A stretch of DNA of 64,000 nt, from contig JBFMAD010000008.1 in the NCBI GenBank assembly GCA_040755855.1, positions 1 through 64,000 on the forward strand, written 5' to 3'. The notes beneath the pieces are model-generated. The model searched no databases, was not told where the DNA came from, and saw only the letters and a program-made list of their open reading frames with translations. The DNA comes from Planctomycetota bacterium (lineage in GTDB: Bacteria; Planctomycetota; Brocadiia; JAADGH01). A program made the translations under genes and the position numbers. Within the stretch, counting starts at the first letter, position 1; each line of letters begins with the position of its first letter. Below are positions 41,371 through 50,390 of this stretch, one piece after another.

Positions 41371-42212
41371 CCCCGCGGCACGCCGGCCTCCCGGAACGCC
41401 CGGGCGAGGGAGGCGTAGCAGAACTTCGCGGCCTCGATGGGATCGTAATCGGGCTTTGACCAGACGCGCGTGCTCACCTCGAGGGTGATGAAATCGCTCC
41501 ACCCCGCCTCCTTCATCGCCTTCATGTATCGCGTGCTGTCAAGGTCGCCCTGGCCGAGGAGCAGCAGGTCGAATGTGCCGTCCGCGTGTTTCCGGGCATC
41601 CGTGATGTGAGTGTGGGCCGTGTACGGGACCAGCTTCCTCACGGCGTCCTCGATCTCCTCGCCTGCAAGGAAGAGGTGCACGATGTCGAAGTGGAAGCGA
41701 ATCCTCGGATGGTTTACCGTGTCGAAGAGCCAGGTGATCCGCTCCGAGCGATCTACCGCCGCGCCGCAGTGGGCCTCGCCAGCAAGGATGAAGTCCTCCC
41801 TGTCGGCGAGGTCGGCATAATCCTGGAGCCGCTCGACAACCCGCCCCCGTATCTCCTCCCATTGCTTGGAACGTCCCCCGATCCCGATGGCCAGGACCGG
41901 CGGCTCGCGCATCCCGAGGTCGCGGGCCAGCTGCGCCGCCTTGCGCGTGTGCTCCAGCGTGGCGCGGTGCTCAGCGTCGTCCTCGGTAAACACATGACCG
42001 AGCATGAACAACGCGGGAACGCCGAGCCGGTGATTGCCCAGCAGTCGTCGCAATTCCTTTCGCCGCGCCGGAGCGATCTCATCCGGCATGGAGCCTTGGT
42101 GTTTGGGGCCGAGGCAGATTTCCACGCCGTCGTACCCCATGTCCGTCAGGGCGGGTATGGCGTCCTCTAATGACAGCATGGGCATGGCATAGGTCCCGTA
42201 TGCGATTTTCAC
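41367..42212 (-). CDS. Sugar phosphate isomerase/epimerase (TIM barrel)
   Basis: GYDGVEI, GEAH, FDIVH, HTHITD, ITLEVS. Confidence 0.8.
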   Translation of the reverse strand: MKIAYGTYAMPMLSLEDAIPALTDMGYDGVEICLGPKHQGSMPDEIAPARRKELRRLLGNHRLGVPALFMLGHVFTEDDAEHRATLEHTRKAAQLARDLGMREPPVLAIGIGGRSKQWEEIRGRVVERLQDYADLADREDFILAGEAHCGAAVDRSERITWLFDTVNHPRIRFHFDIVHLFLAGEEIEDAVRKLVPYTAHTHITDARKHADGTFDLLLLGQGDLDSTRYMKAMKEAGWSDFITLEVSTRVWSKPDYDPIEAAKFCYASLARAFREAGVPRG

Positions 42213-42244
42213 TTGTCACTCTCCACTTTCCACTCTCCACTTAT
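42210..42244. repeat. Five heptamer units CACT(N3)
   Basis: CACTTGT CACTCTC CACTTTC CACTCTC CACTTAT; overlaps the GTG start and RBS of the 41367-42212 gene. Confidence 0.65.
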
Positions 42245-42278
42245 CATCTTCGGTTTGAGGCGGAGCTTTGCTATGGTT

Positions 42279-43118
42279 CTATCGTTTCTTCCACTGATAC
42301 GCGGCCTTCGAGTTCTTCCAAAAATACTTCTCCGCCGCTTTCTTACCCTTGCCCTCGAAGTACTCCCGAACGACATGCATCACGCTCGCATAATCCGCAT
42401 AGCGCGAGCAGACGGGCCAGTCGCTCCCGTAGATCAGACGGTCCTCTCCGAAGGCGTCCCAGAGGGCGTCGAGCGTCGGCGCATAGAAGCCGGGTTCGGT
42501 GGGGGCGGGCTCCCGGCGCGTGGCCGAGGCGAGGCCCGAGACCTTGCAATAGACATTGGAGCACTCGGCGGCGTTGCACATGGCCCGGACCCAGGACCGT
42601 TCGGGGTCCCTTCCGTCGATGATCGCGCCGCCGACGTGGTTGATTACCATGTGCATCTCGGGAAACATCTCGGCAAGCGCCGTTACGCTATCGAGGTGCT
42701 CCTCCCGCACGAGCAGGTCGAGCTCCAGTTCGCGGATGGCCAGCATCTCAAGGTCCAGACTCACGGCCGAGTTTTCGAGATCGTCCACAACCTTCCCCCG
42801 CAGGCGAATGCCGCGGAAGAGGGGGTTCTCCGCGAACCGCGCCAGATGGTCCGCAAAGCCCTCCGCTCCCGGCGTCAGATTGCCCACCACGCCCAGAATA
42901 AACGGTTCCTTCTCGGCAAGATCGAGGAGCCACTGATTGTCCTCCGGCCACTCGCTCGCCTCCACGACGACCGTTCCCGTCACGCCCTGGGCGGCGGCCG
43001 CCTCCTTGAAGTGATTCGGGAGGACCGTCCGATACAGGACCTTGTCGTTGGGCTTGGGCCAGGGGATGCCTTGGGGCCGTGAGGGATCGTAAAAGTGCGT
43101 GTGGGCGTCAATGATCAT
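42279..43118 (-). CDS. Amidohydrolase_2-family lactonase (L-fuconolactonase-like)
   Basis: MIIDAHTHF, FRGIR, VINHVG, CKVSGL, FGEDRLIYGSDWPVC. Confidence 0.85.
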   Translation of the reverse strand: MIIDAHTHFYDPSRPQGIPWPKPNDKVLYRTVLPNHFKEAAAAQGVTGTVVVEASEWPEDNQWLLDLAEKEPFILGVVGNLTPGAEGFADHLARFAENPLFRGIRLRGKVVDDLENSAVSLDLEMLAIRELELDLLVREEHLDSVTALAEMFPEMHMVINHVGGAIIDGRDPERSWVRAMCNAAECSNVYCKVSGLASATRREPAPTEPGFYAPTLDALWDAFGEDRLIYGSDWPVCSRYADYASVMHVVREYFEGKGKKAAEKYFWKNSKAAYQWKKR

Positions 43119-43250
43119 GGCCACTCCAATCCGCGAGTCGAGATGAAGAAGTGAATCAGAACAATGATGGCGCTTTTTTATCACGCCGGCGCGTCCTCGT
43201 CAAGCCCCGTCATGAAAATCTTCCTAAAACTTTTGGGAGATCGCGCCGTA

Positions 43251-43280
43251 TTGACTTCCGCCCGTGCGCGCGATTACAAT
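43251..43280 (+). promoter_or_regulatory. Sigma-70-type promoter
   Basis: TTGACT-18 nt-TACAAT. Confidence 0.5.
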
Positions 43281-43332
43281 GCATTGGTCAGCGATTGCGT
43301 TTTGCCGAGGGCGCCCGTTTACACAAGCACCT

Positions 43333-44973
43333 ATGACCGACAAGAAAGACAACGACTTGATAACCATATATTGCGGCGAGTGCGGCGCCAAGATGCAGGT
43401 CAGCGCCGACAGCGCAGGCAAGGCGACTCGCTGCCCCGACTGCAAGGCGAAAGTTCCCATCCCCAGTTCCTACCTGGCTCGACCGCAGATTCGATTCTAC
43501 TGCCCGCGCTGCGAGGGGCGCGTTCGGGCCTGGGCGGAACAGTCCGGCCAGTCCATGCGCTGCCCCGGCTGCGACCTCCGCATCGAGCTTCCCCATATCG
43601 AGGGCTACGTCGAACCTGAGGAGGGATTTGAGCAGAGCGAGCTCAACCCCGAACAGGAGAACGCGCGGGAAGAACCCGCGGAAGTGTTCGAGGAGGCCGA
43701 TGACGAGGAGGAATGGGAAGAGCCCGGGGAGGAAGAAGAACAAGACGAGGAAGAGGAGGAAGAACCGCCCCGCGTCGAACGCGAAAGGTCGAAGGCGGCG
43801 AAGCCGATCCTCTCCCGCCGATCTACCCGCAGGATGGTCCGGGCGGCGTTGTGGTCGCTTGTTGTTGTCATTCCCATCGGCATCTTCATTTTCCTCCGCG
43901 CCACGCGGCCCGAATGGCTGGACCGAAAACTGATTAACGCGGCGGAGGCGGGGACCTACACCCGCGCGAGCCTCCTCGTTACATGCGGGGCCGATGTCAA
44001 CACACACGACAGCGCCGGCCGAACCGCCCTCCACGCCGCCGCCGAGAAGGGCAACAAAAAGATCGTTGAACTCTTGATCGCCGGGGGCGCGGCGGTGGAC
44101 CGCGAGGATCATGCGGGCCGGACGCCCCTCCTACTCGCCGTGCTCGGCGGCCATCGGGACGTCGTCGAGGCGCTCCTGGACGCCGGCGCCGACCCCCACG
44201 TGACCCATCCCACCGACGGCCGCAGACTTCTGGATATTGCCATGGCAAACGGTCACAACGCCGTCGCCGACCTCCTCCTCCGCCGCAGGGAGGAGGCGAA
44301 GCCGCAGGCCCCGCCGCCGTCCAGCATTATCACAATACCCGAGGGGGCGGGGGAGCAGGAGAGGGTCGCCCTGCGGATACCCCCCTCGCGCCTGACCCTC
44401 AACAAGGAGGCGCCCACTGCAGCGCCCTCGCCCGCCGTCGAACAGCCCGCCCCCAAGAAACGACCGGTGATCGTCCTGGACCGGACACGGCTCATGCCCG
44501 TGGGCTACTACGTAAGATACATGCTCAAAATCGGTGTGCGTCGAATGTGGGGCGCAAAGGGCGAGGGGAACAAAAAATTCCTCGTCGTCGTCTTCACCGG
44601 CCCGATAGATATGTTCAAAGTCAGCGAGTACGAGTTCCGATATTTGAAAGAGGAAAACGGAAAGCTCACAACCGTGGCGATGACGCGGCACTACGACCCA
44701 ACTCGGTTCACGCTCATCCTTAGCAACGGCGAACGCCTTCGGGCCTCGGCCATCGCGCCGAACTGGGCGCCCGTCGAAACCACGCTCACATCCAACATCT
44801 TCCACTACGACCTGACCAAGAGCTACGAGTCCGAGCGGGACCTCCGGCCCGGCCAGGTGGCCGTCGCCTGGCTGCTCCGGGCCGAGGAGTGCCGCGCCCC
44901 GTTCCAGGTGCGCGTGGACTGGGGCCAGCCCATCGCCGTGCCCGACGTGCGATATGATGCAGAAGAGAAATAA
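43333..44973 (+). CDS. Double zinc-ribbon / acidic linker / TM helix / ankyrin-repeat protein
   Basis: CGEC...CPDC and CPRC...CPGC; Glu-rich tract; one TM helix; GRTALHAAA and GRTPLLLAV ankyrin repeats; unknown C-terminal domain. Confidence 0.8.
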   Translation: MTDKKDNDLITIYCGECGAKMQVSADSAGKATRCPDCKAKVPIPSSYLARPQIRFYCPRCEGRVRAWAEQSGQSMRCPGCDLRIELPHIEGYVEPEEGFEQSELNPEQENAREEPAEVFEEADDEEEWEEPGEEEEQDEEEEEEPPRVERERSKAAKPILSRRSTRRMVRAALWSLVVVIPIGIFIFLRATRPEWLDRKLINAAEAGTYTRASLLVTCGADVNTHDSAGRTALHAAAEKGNKKIVELLIAGGAAVDREDHAGRTPLLLAVLGGHRDVVEALLDAGADPHVTHPTDGRRLLDIAMANGHNAVADLLLRRREEAKPQAPPPSSIITIPEGAGEQERVALRIPPSRLTLNKEAPTAAPSPAVEQPAPKKRPVIVLDRTRLMPVGYYVRYMLKIGVRRMWGAKGEGNKKFLVVVFTGPIDMFKVSEYEFRYLKEENGKLTTVAMTRHYDPTRFTLILSNGERLRASAIAPNWAPVETTLTSNIFHYDLTKSYESERDLRPGQVAVAWLLRAEECRAPFQVRVDWGQPIAVPDVRYDAEEK

Positions 44974-44992
44974 GTCAGCAGGAGAAATGCGA

Positions 44993-45766
44993 ATGAAGTA
45001 CGGCGTTGTCTATGGCCGTCTGAAGGATGCGACCAAGGATCAGTACCAGCTCGCTGCCGAATACGGCTTCGACGGCCTGGAGTTGGTCTTCGGCGCGAAC
45101 AAGCATGAGCAGGACCCCCTGTGGACGCCGGAAGGCGTGAAGGAGATCAAGGCGCAGGCCGAGGCCGCCGGCATCGCAGTTCCATCCGTCTGCGGCGGGT
45201 ATTACAACCAGCGCGGCCTCGCGGCGGATGACGCGGAGCTGCGGCGGACCGGCGTCGAGGTCCTGTTGACGCTCATTGACCACTGCGCCGACGTGGGGAT
45301 GGAGAACATCCTCATCGCCTTCTTCGCCAACGGCGAGATCAAGACACCGAGGCACGAGGATTACGTCGTCGAGGCCATGGAGCAGTGCGCCCCGAAGGCG
45401 CAGAAACGCCGCATCAACCTGTGCCTTGAAACGACTCTCCCAGCCAGGCGCTTTCTCGCCCTGGCCCGGCGCATCAATCACCCGCACGTGCGCATCTACT
45501 ACGACCTGGCCAACCCCCTCATGTGGGGCGAGAACCCCGCCGAGGGCCTCGACATCCTGGCGGAGTTCGTCGCGCAAATCCATATCAAGGACCGCGGTGC
45601 GGACGACAAGAACGTCCAGCTCGGCGCGGGCCGCGTGCCCTTCCCCGACGTGGTGAAGACCATTCGCAAGATCGGCTACGACGGCTGGATGTGCTTAGAG
45701 ACGCCGGCGGGCAACAACGAGACCACCGCGAACCTGAAGTTCATCAAGGACCAGATGGGCGGGTAA
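44993..45766 (+). CDS. Sugar phosphate isomerase/epimerase (hexulose-phosphate epimerase-like)
   Basis: GFDGLEL, LCLETT, YYDLAN, QIHIKD, LGAGRVPF, GYDGWMCLET. Confidence 0.85.
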   Translation: MKYGVVYGRLKDATKDQYQLAAEYGFDGLELVFGANKHEQDPLWTPEGVKEIKAQAEAAGIAVPSVCGGYYNQRGLAADDAELRRTGVEVLLTLIDHCADVGMENILIAFFANGEIKTPRHEDYVVEAMEQCAPKAQKRRINLCLETTLPARRFLALARRINHPHVRIYYDLANPLMWGENPAEGLDILAEFVAQIHIKDRGADDKNVQLGAGRVPFPDVVKTIRKIGYDGWMCLETPAGNNETTANLKFIKDQMGG

Positions 45767-45782
45767 ATGACGAAGCTCGCTT

Positions 45783-45815
45783 AACCTCCCGGAGGTTCGG
45801 AACCTCCGGGAGGTT
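45783..45815. repeat. REP-like perfect palindrome between convergent genes
   Basis: AACCTCCCGGAGGTT-CGG-AACCTCCGGGAGGTT: 15-bp inverted repeat whose arms are each self-palindromic. Confidence 0.7.
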
Positions 45816-45830
45816 GAGAGGAGTAGGCTG

Positions 45831-47147
45831 CTACGTCTTGCGGTCCCATGCGTCGGCGATCCACTTGTCGAGCACCTGCCCCAGCTCGCGCGCGACCTCG
45901 GGCTTCTCCTTTATCAGGTTCTTCGTCTCGCCGATGTCCGCGTCGAGGTCGTAGAGCGCGTCCTCCTTTTCCTGGCCTCGGAGGAGCTTCATATTCCCGC
46001 GCCGGATGGCCGAAATCGGGATGGACTTGTTCTTCCCCTCCTTCGCCTTCTCGGTCCTCCGCCAGCGCCAGCAGAGGTATTCGTGCGGCGTCTTCGCCTT
46101 TCCCTGAATCATGGGCAGGATGTCCTTGCCGTCGATCGTCCCCTCCGGCAGCTTGCCGCCTCCGATCAGGGCGAGCGTGGTGAATAGGTCCGTCGTGATG
46201 GCCATCTCGCCCACGGCGCTTCCTGGCGTGATGTGTCCCGGCCAGCGCGCGATGAACGGAACGCGGATGCCGCCCTCCCACAGGCTCCCCTTTCCCCCGC
46301 GAAGGGGCTTGTTGCCCTCGACGCGCCGGCCGCCGTTGTCGCTGGTGAAGATGACAAGCGTGTTGTCCCTCAGGCCCTTCTTCTCCAGCGCATCGAGCAC
46401 GCGGCCGATGCCGTCCTCCATGCACTTCACCATCGCGCCAAAGGCCCCGCAGCGCGATGACTTCATATACTCCTCCGGCGCCTGGTCGGGCAGGTGCGGC
46501 GCGTTGTAGGCCAGGTAGAGGAAGAAGGGCTGCTCCTTCGTCTGCCGCTCCAGGATGGCGACGGCCTCGTTGGTGAGCAGGTCCGTCATGTAGCCCTGGT
46601 CGTTGCAGATCTCCTCCTGCCGGAAGAACCACTTCTTGTCGTCCTTGTAAACATGCTTGTAGTAGTCGGCCGAGCCGGAGGTCACGCCGTAGAACTCGTC
46701 GAAGCCCTGCTTCCTCGGGTGCATCTCGGCGGGGTAGCCCAGGTGCCACTTGCCCACGCAACACGTGCGGTAGCCAGCGCCCTTTAGCACCTCGGCCAGC
46801 GTCGTGTCCGCCGGGAGCAGGCCGCCCTTGTTCGTCGGCGAGGGCCATGTGTGGCCGGTGCGCAGGGGATAGCGCCCGCTCATGATGCTCTCTCGCGTCG
46901 GCGCGCACATGGGGGCGGCGGTGTAGAAGCTGGTCAGGCGGACGCCCTCGGTCGCGAGCCTGTCCAGGTTCGGGGTATCAATGTCCTTCCCGCCATAGCA
47001 GCTCAGATCGCTGTAGCCGAGGTCGTCGGCGATGATGAACAGGATATTGGGGCGGCTCTGCCCCTGTGCCCTCGAGATCGACTTGCCGGACATGACGGCC
47101 GTGGCGCCGGCGACACCGACGTGTTTCAGAAAGTCTCTTCGGTTCAT
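45831..47147 (-). CDS. Tat-exported Cys-type (formylglycine) sulfatase
   Basis: NRRDFLK Tat motif; PNILFIIADDLG; CAPTR (CxPxR); GKWHLG; FTSDNG. Confidence 0.9.
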   Translation of the reverse strand: MNRRDFLKHVGVAGATAVMSGKSISRAQGQSRPNILFIIADDLGYSDLSCYGGKDIDTPNLDRLATEGVRLTSFYTAAPMCAPTRESIMSGRYPLRTGHTWPSPTNKGGLLPADTTLAEVLKGAGYRTCCVGKWHLGYPAEMHPRKQGFDEFYGVTSGSADYYKHVYKDDKKWFFRQEEICNDQGYMTDLLTNEAVAILERQTKEQPFFLYLAYNAPHLPDQAPEEYMKSSRCGAFGAMVKCMEDGIGRVLDALEKKGLRDNTLVIFTSDNGGRRVEGNKPLRGGKGSLWEGGIRVPFIARWPGHITPGSAVGEMAITTDLFTTLALIGGGKLPEGTIDGKDILPMIQGKAKTPHEYLCWRWRRTEKAKEGKNKSIPISAIRRGNMKLLRGQEKEDALYDLDADIGETKNLIKEKPEVARELGQVLDKWIADAWDRKT

Positions 47148-47282
47148 CTATCCTTCTCCCGGGACATCAAACCTCTTGTCGTTCGTCTCCTCGCACCATG
47201 CGGCGAGCCGGCCAGCTATTCTACCACACGGAACGGATGCCCCTTCGCATATCTCCTCTCGGCATACCCATTCCCTTCGTGT

Positions 47283-48191
47283 TCACCAAGGAAGGGGTTC
47301 CAGCACTTCCGCGGGAGGCCGTTGTCTCCGATCATCTAAGAAGTTCAGGAATGGTCGCTCTTCGGGACTGCATACCTTTTCGTTCACCAGATACTTGTAC
47401 AAACAGGCCATTTGGGCAACTTGCTCAGCAGCAGCATAAGCCCCGTATAGGAACTCTTGCTCGGCGCATCTTCCAGTTGCTGCAGTTAGCGGCTTCAAGC
47501 GTCTTGTGTCGATTTTGTATAGTAGGATCTGCCTGCTGTAGCAGACGCCGCGGTCCTCATCATCCCATTCCCATTCGTCAAGCAACTTGAGTAGTCCTCC
47601 CTTTGCTGCTGCAACGGCAGCGGCCTGGTCAAGGAGTTCCTCAAATTCCTGCCGGTAGGGCGGAACCAGTATCTTTTCCAGCAGACCGTCAACTTGCTTC
47701 GCATCACGCGCATCCAGACATTTCAGTTTGCCCTTGCGGCCGAGCAGGTACCCTTCCAGGATCAAGCTGTAGAACTGGTGATTGCCAATTGTGTCAAGAA
47801 CCGCGTCTATGAATCGCTCGTCAAACTTGTTTGGCTGGTAGTGGATGCGCGGTCGGAATCTCATCAGCGGCACACCGAGCTTCCCCAGGATGCCATCCTT
47901 GAGCTTATCTCTCTGTTTTTGGACTTGGCTATCGTGAAGACTCGAATCTGATTCAAGGGCAAGAGTGACCCTCCTTTTCCCATCTCCTGTGCTGGTAGCC
48001 ACATCCACCCTACTCGGACTCATGATGAAGTCCCACTCGTCTCTCGTAAAGGCGCTTCTTTTGAGCTCGCCTACCAACTGCCTTAGCGAGACATTGGGGT
48101 GAGTTTCCCAGCATGTGGAATCCAAGCGGTCTTTCACGTACTCGTACAAGAATGCTTCGTCATCGCTATTCAGGAGATGCCCATGGACCAT
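47283..48191 (-). CDS. DUF2726-like (PD-(D/E)XK-related) domain protein, lower GC
   Basis: GGAGG RBS before ATG 48191. HPNVSL...RVDV...LALESDSSLHD...RDKLKDGIL..LGVPLMRF pattern. Confidence 0.65.
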   Translation of the reverse strand: MVHGHLLNSDDEAFLYEYVKDRLDSTCWETHPNVSLRQLVGELKRSAFTRDEWDFIMSPSRVDVATSTGDGKRRVTLALESDSSLHDSQVQKQRDKLKDGILGKLGVPLMRFRPRIHYQPNKFDERFIDAVLDTIGNHQFYSLILEGYLLGRKGKLKCLDARDAKQVDGLLEKILVPPYRQEFEELLDQAAAVAAAKGGLLKLLDEWEWDDEDRGVCYSRQILLYKIDTRRLKPLTAATGRCAEQEFLYGAYAAAEQVAQMACLYKYLVNEKVCSPEERPFLNFLDDRRQRPPAEVLEPLPW

Positions 48192-48355
48192 GGCACTTCC
48201 TCCTCTTGTATTGCCCCTGGCAATTGCGTGGGAATCCTGCCCACTCCCGACCCAGAACCAGATTGGTCCAGTTGAGCGAGCGAAATCCCTCCCGGCACGT
48301 ATCACCCGCAACAAGGAGTCGGGGAAAGGATTCCCCTCCTACAGGCAACACACAC

Positions 48356-48390
48356 AATCGAAAATGGCCAATCCAAAATCGAGAATCAAA
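48356..48390. repeat. Five heptamer units AAT(N4)
   Basis: AATCGAA AATGGCC AATCCAA AATCGAG AATCAAA; contains the stop codon of the 48386-50221 gene. Confidence 0.55.
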
Positions 48391-50221
48391 CGCTGACCCA
48401 CGCCCCATCCTTCTCCGCCGACTCGTACATCCGGTCGAGGACGAGGCGGCTGCGGCGGCCGTCGCGACCATCGCAGACCAACTCCGCGCCGGCGCGGATG
48501 GCGGCGGCCAGGTTCTGGGCGAGGCTGGTCCAGGGCAGCATCTCCGGCTCGGGCGGCGTGTCCTCCCACTTGCCGCCGACGTGCCACCGCTCGATGTCCG
48601 CGGAGTACGGCCCGCCGGTGACGTGCGTGACGGCCCCCTCCGCGCCGTGCAGCTCCAGGTCGCGATACCATGTGTTGACGGGATAGGACGTCGTGGCGAA
48701 GAGCTGGACGACGGCGCCGTCGGCATACTCCCACAGGGCGCAGCCGAGGTCCTCCGCCTCGATCTCGTGCGTCTGGGTCCACCTGTTCATGGACACGCGC
48801 TTGGGCAGGCCGAGGATGTAAACCAATTCATCAATGTGGTGGATGGTCTGGTTGCTCATGATGCCGCCGCCGTCGAACTGCCTCGTGCCGCGCCACCCGC
48901 CGCTGGCCTGGAAGTACTCCATCTTCCGCAGGACCTTGAGCGACATGGTCCCGCCGAGGAGCCTGCCGAGGTCGCCGCGGGCGATGCGCTGCTTCAGGCG
49001 CTGCGTCGCGTGTTCCAGGCGGAAGGCGAAGTCCACGGCGAGCAGCTTCCCGGCCTTGTCGGCGGCGGCGATCATGCGGTCGCAGGCGGCAAGGCTGGCC
49101 TCCATCGGCTTCGTCGTGATGACGTGCTTCCCTGCGTTCAGCGCCGCGACGGCGATGTCGGCATGAAGACCGGTCGGCGTCATGACGAAGACCGCCTCGC
49201 AGTCATCGCGCTCCAGCCAGGGGTCGAGTTTGGTGGTCCACTCGCAGCCGAGTTCCTTTCCGACCTTCTCCGCCTTCTCCGCGTTGAGGTCAACGACGCC
49301 GACGACCTCCGTGCCCGGTTCCTTCTTCAGTTGCTTGGCGCGGGAGTAGCCCATGCCCAGGCCGACCACGACGAACTTCACCGGCTCGAAGTCGAACTTG
49401 GCTTTCACCCTCGGGGCCGGCGCGCCGCCGGGCCAGGCCTTGCGGATGCGGTCAATGAGGCGCTTCGACATCTCGACGTTGCTCACCGACTTGTCGGGAT
49501 TGTGCGTCTCGGCAGAGACGGGTCCCTTGAATCCGTTCGTCGCCAGCGCAAGAAGGATTTTCTCCCAGGGCACGACCACATCGGCGAGGCCAGGGACAGC
49601 GCCCTTCGCCTTGACGTGGATGCACCGGCTACGCTTCACACGCTCGGCGATGGCCTTATCGTTCGGCGGATCGCCGCCGAGCCATTCGTTCGCGCAATCC
49701 CAGGCCAGACCCCACTCCGGGACGCGGAGCGCGTCGAGGACGGTGAAGCACTCGGGCACGGTGACGCCGCAGTTCTCGAAGGCGAGGGTGAGGCCCGCTG
49801 CCTTGGCCCGATCTGCGAGAGGGCCGACCTGGTCGAGGACCTTTTGGAGTTGATCCGGCTGCACGGCGAGGGCGCCCTTCCCCTCCGCCTTGGGCTGCCA
49901 GTAGAAGAAGGCGCGGACGAGGCGGCAGTTGAATTTGTCGGCGGCGCGGACAATGCCTTCGAGTTTTTTCTTCTCGGCATCCAGTCGCTCCTTCTCCGGC
50001 AGATGCACCTTGGCGAGGGAGGATTGGAGGCAGGCGACCTTCAGGCCGTGGTCCTTGAGGAGTTTGGCGATATCGTCCATCTCCTTGTCGTCGAGCATGC
50101 AGAACTCCCTGCCCATGACGCGGCCTCGGAGGTCAATCCACTGAAGCCCCCAGTCGCGGAAGTGGGAGATGCCGTCGGTGATGTCAATGCCGATTTCGTC
50201 GTTGAAGATAGACAGTCGCAT
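48386..50221 (-). CDS. Fusion of a xylose-isomerase-like TIM barrel and a Gfo/Idh/MocA oxidoreductase
   Basis: N-half: MRLSIFNDEI, LAFENC, WDCAN, IHVK, SAETH. C-half: VVVGLGMG, TPTGLH, GKHVITTKPM, GGGIMSNQTIHHID. Confidence 0.85.
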   Translation of the reverse strand: MRLSIFNDEIGIDITDGISHFRDWGLQWIDLRGRVMGREFCMLDDKEMDDIAKLLKDHGLKVACLQSSLAKVHLPEKERLDAEKKKLEGIVRAADKFNCRLVRAFFYWQPKAEGKGALAVQPDQLQKVLDQVGPLADRAKAAGLTLAFENCGVTVPECFTVLDALRVPEWGLAWDCANEWLGGDPPNDKAIAERVKRSRCIHVKAKGAVPGLADVVVPWEKILLALATNGFKGPVSAETHNPDKSVSNVEMSKRLIDRIRKAWPGGAPAPRVKAKFDFEPVKFVVVGLGMGYSRAKQLKKEPGTEVVGVVDLNAEKAEKVGKELGCEWTTKLDPWLERDDCEAVFVMTPTGLHADIAVAALNAGKHVITTKPMEASLAACDRMIAAADKAGKLLAVDFAFRLEHATQRLKQRIARGDLGRLLGGTMSLKVLRKMEYFQASGGWRGTRQFDGGGIMSNQTIHHIDELVYILGLPKRVSMNRWTQTHEIEAEDLGCALWEYADGAVVQLFATTSYPVNTWYRDLELHGAEGAVTHVTGGPYSADIERWHVGGKWEDTPPEPEMLPWTSLAQNLAAAIRAGAELVCDGRDGRRSRLVLDRMYESAEKDGAWVSV

Positions 50222-50390
50222 TAGTTTCTCCTTCTGCAAGGGGTTGCTACACATGTGAGGGTCCATACTATACCATAAAACCTGTCTGTGGCAAGCGGTT
50301 GGTTTTTTTCTTCAAACGGACGGGTTTTTGGTTTATGATATGGCCGTGTCGTCAGGAACGGTCTTCTGAATTCGCACATTGGTAGGATCC

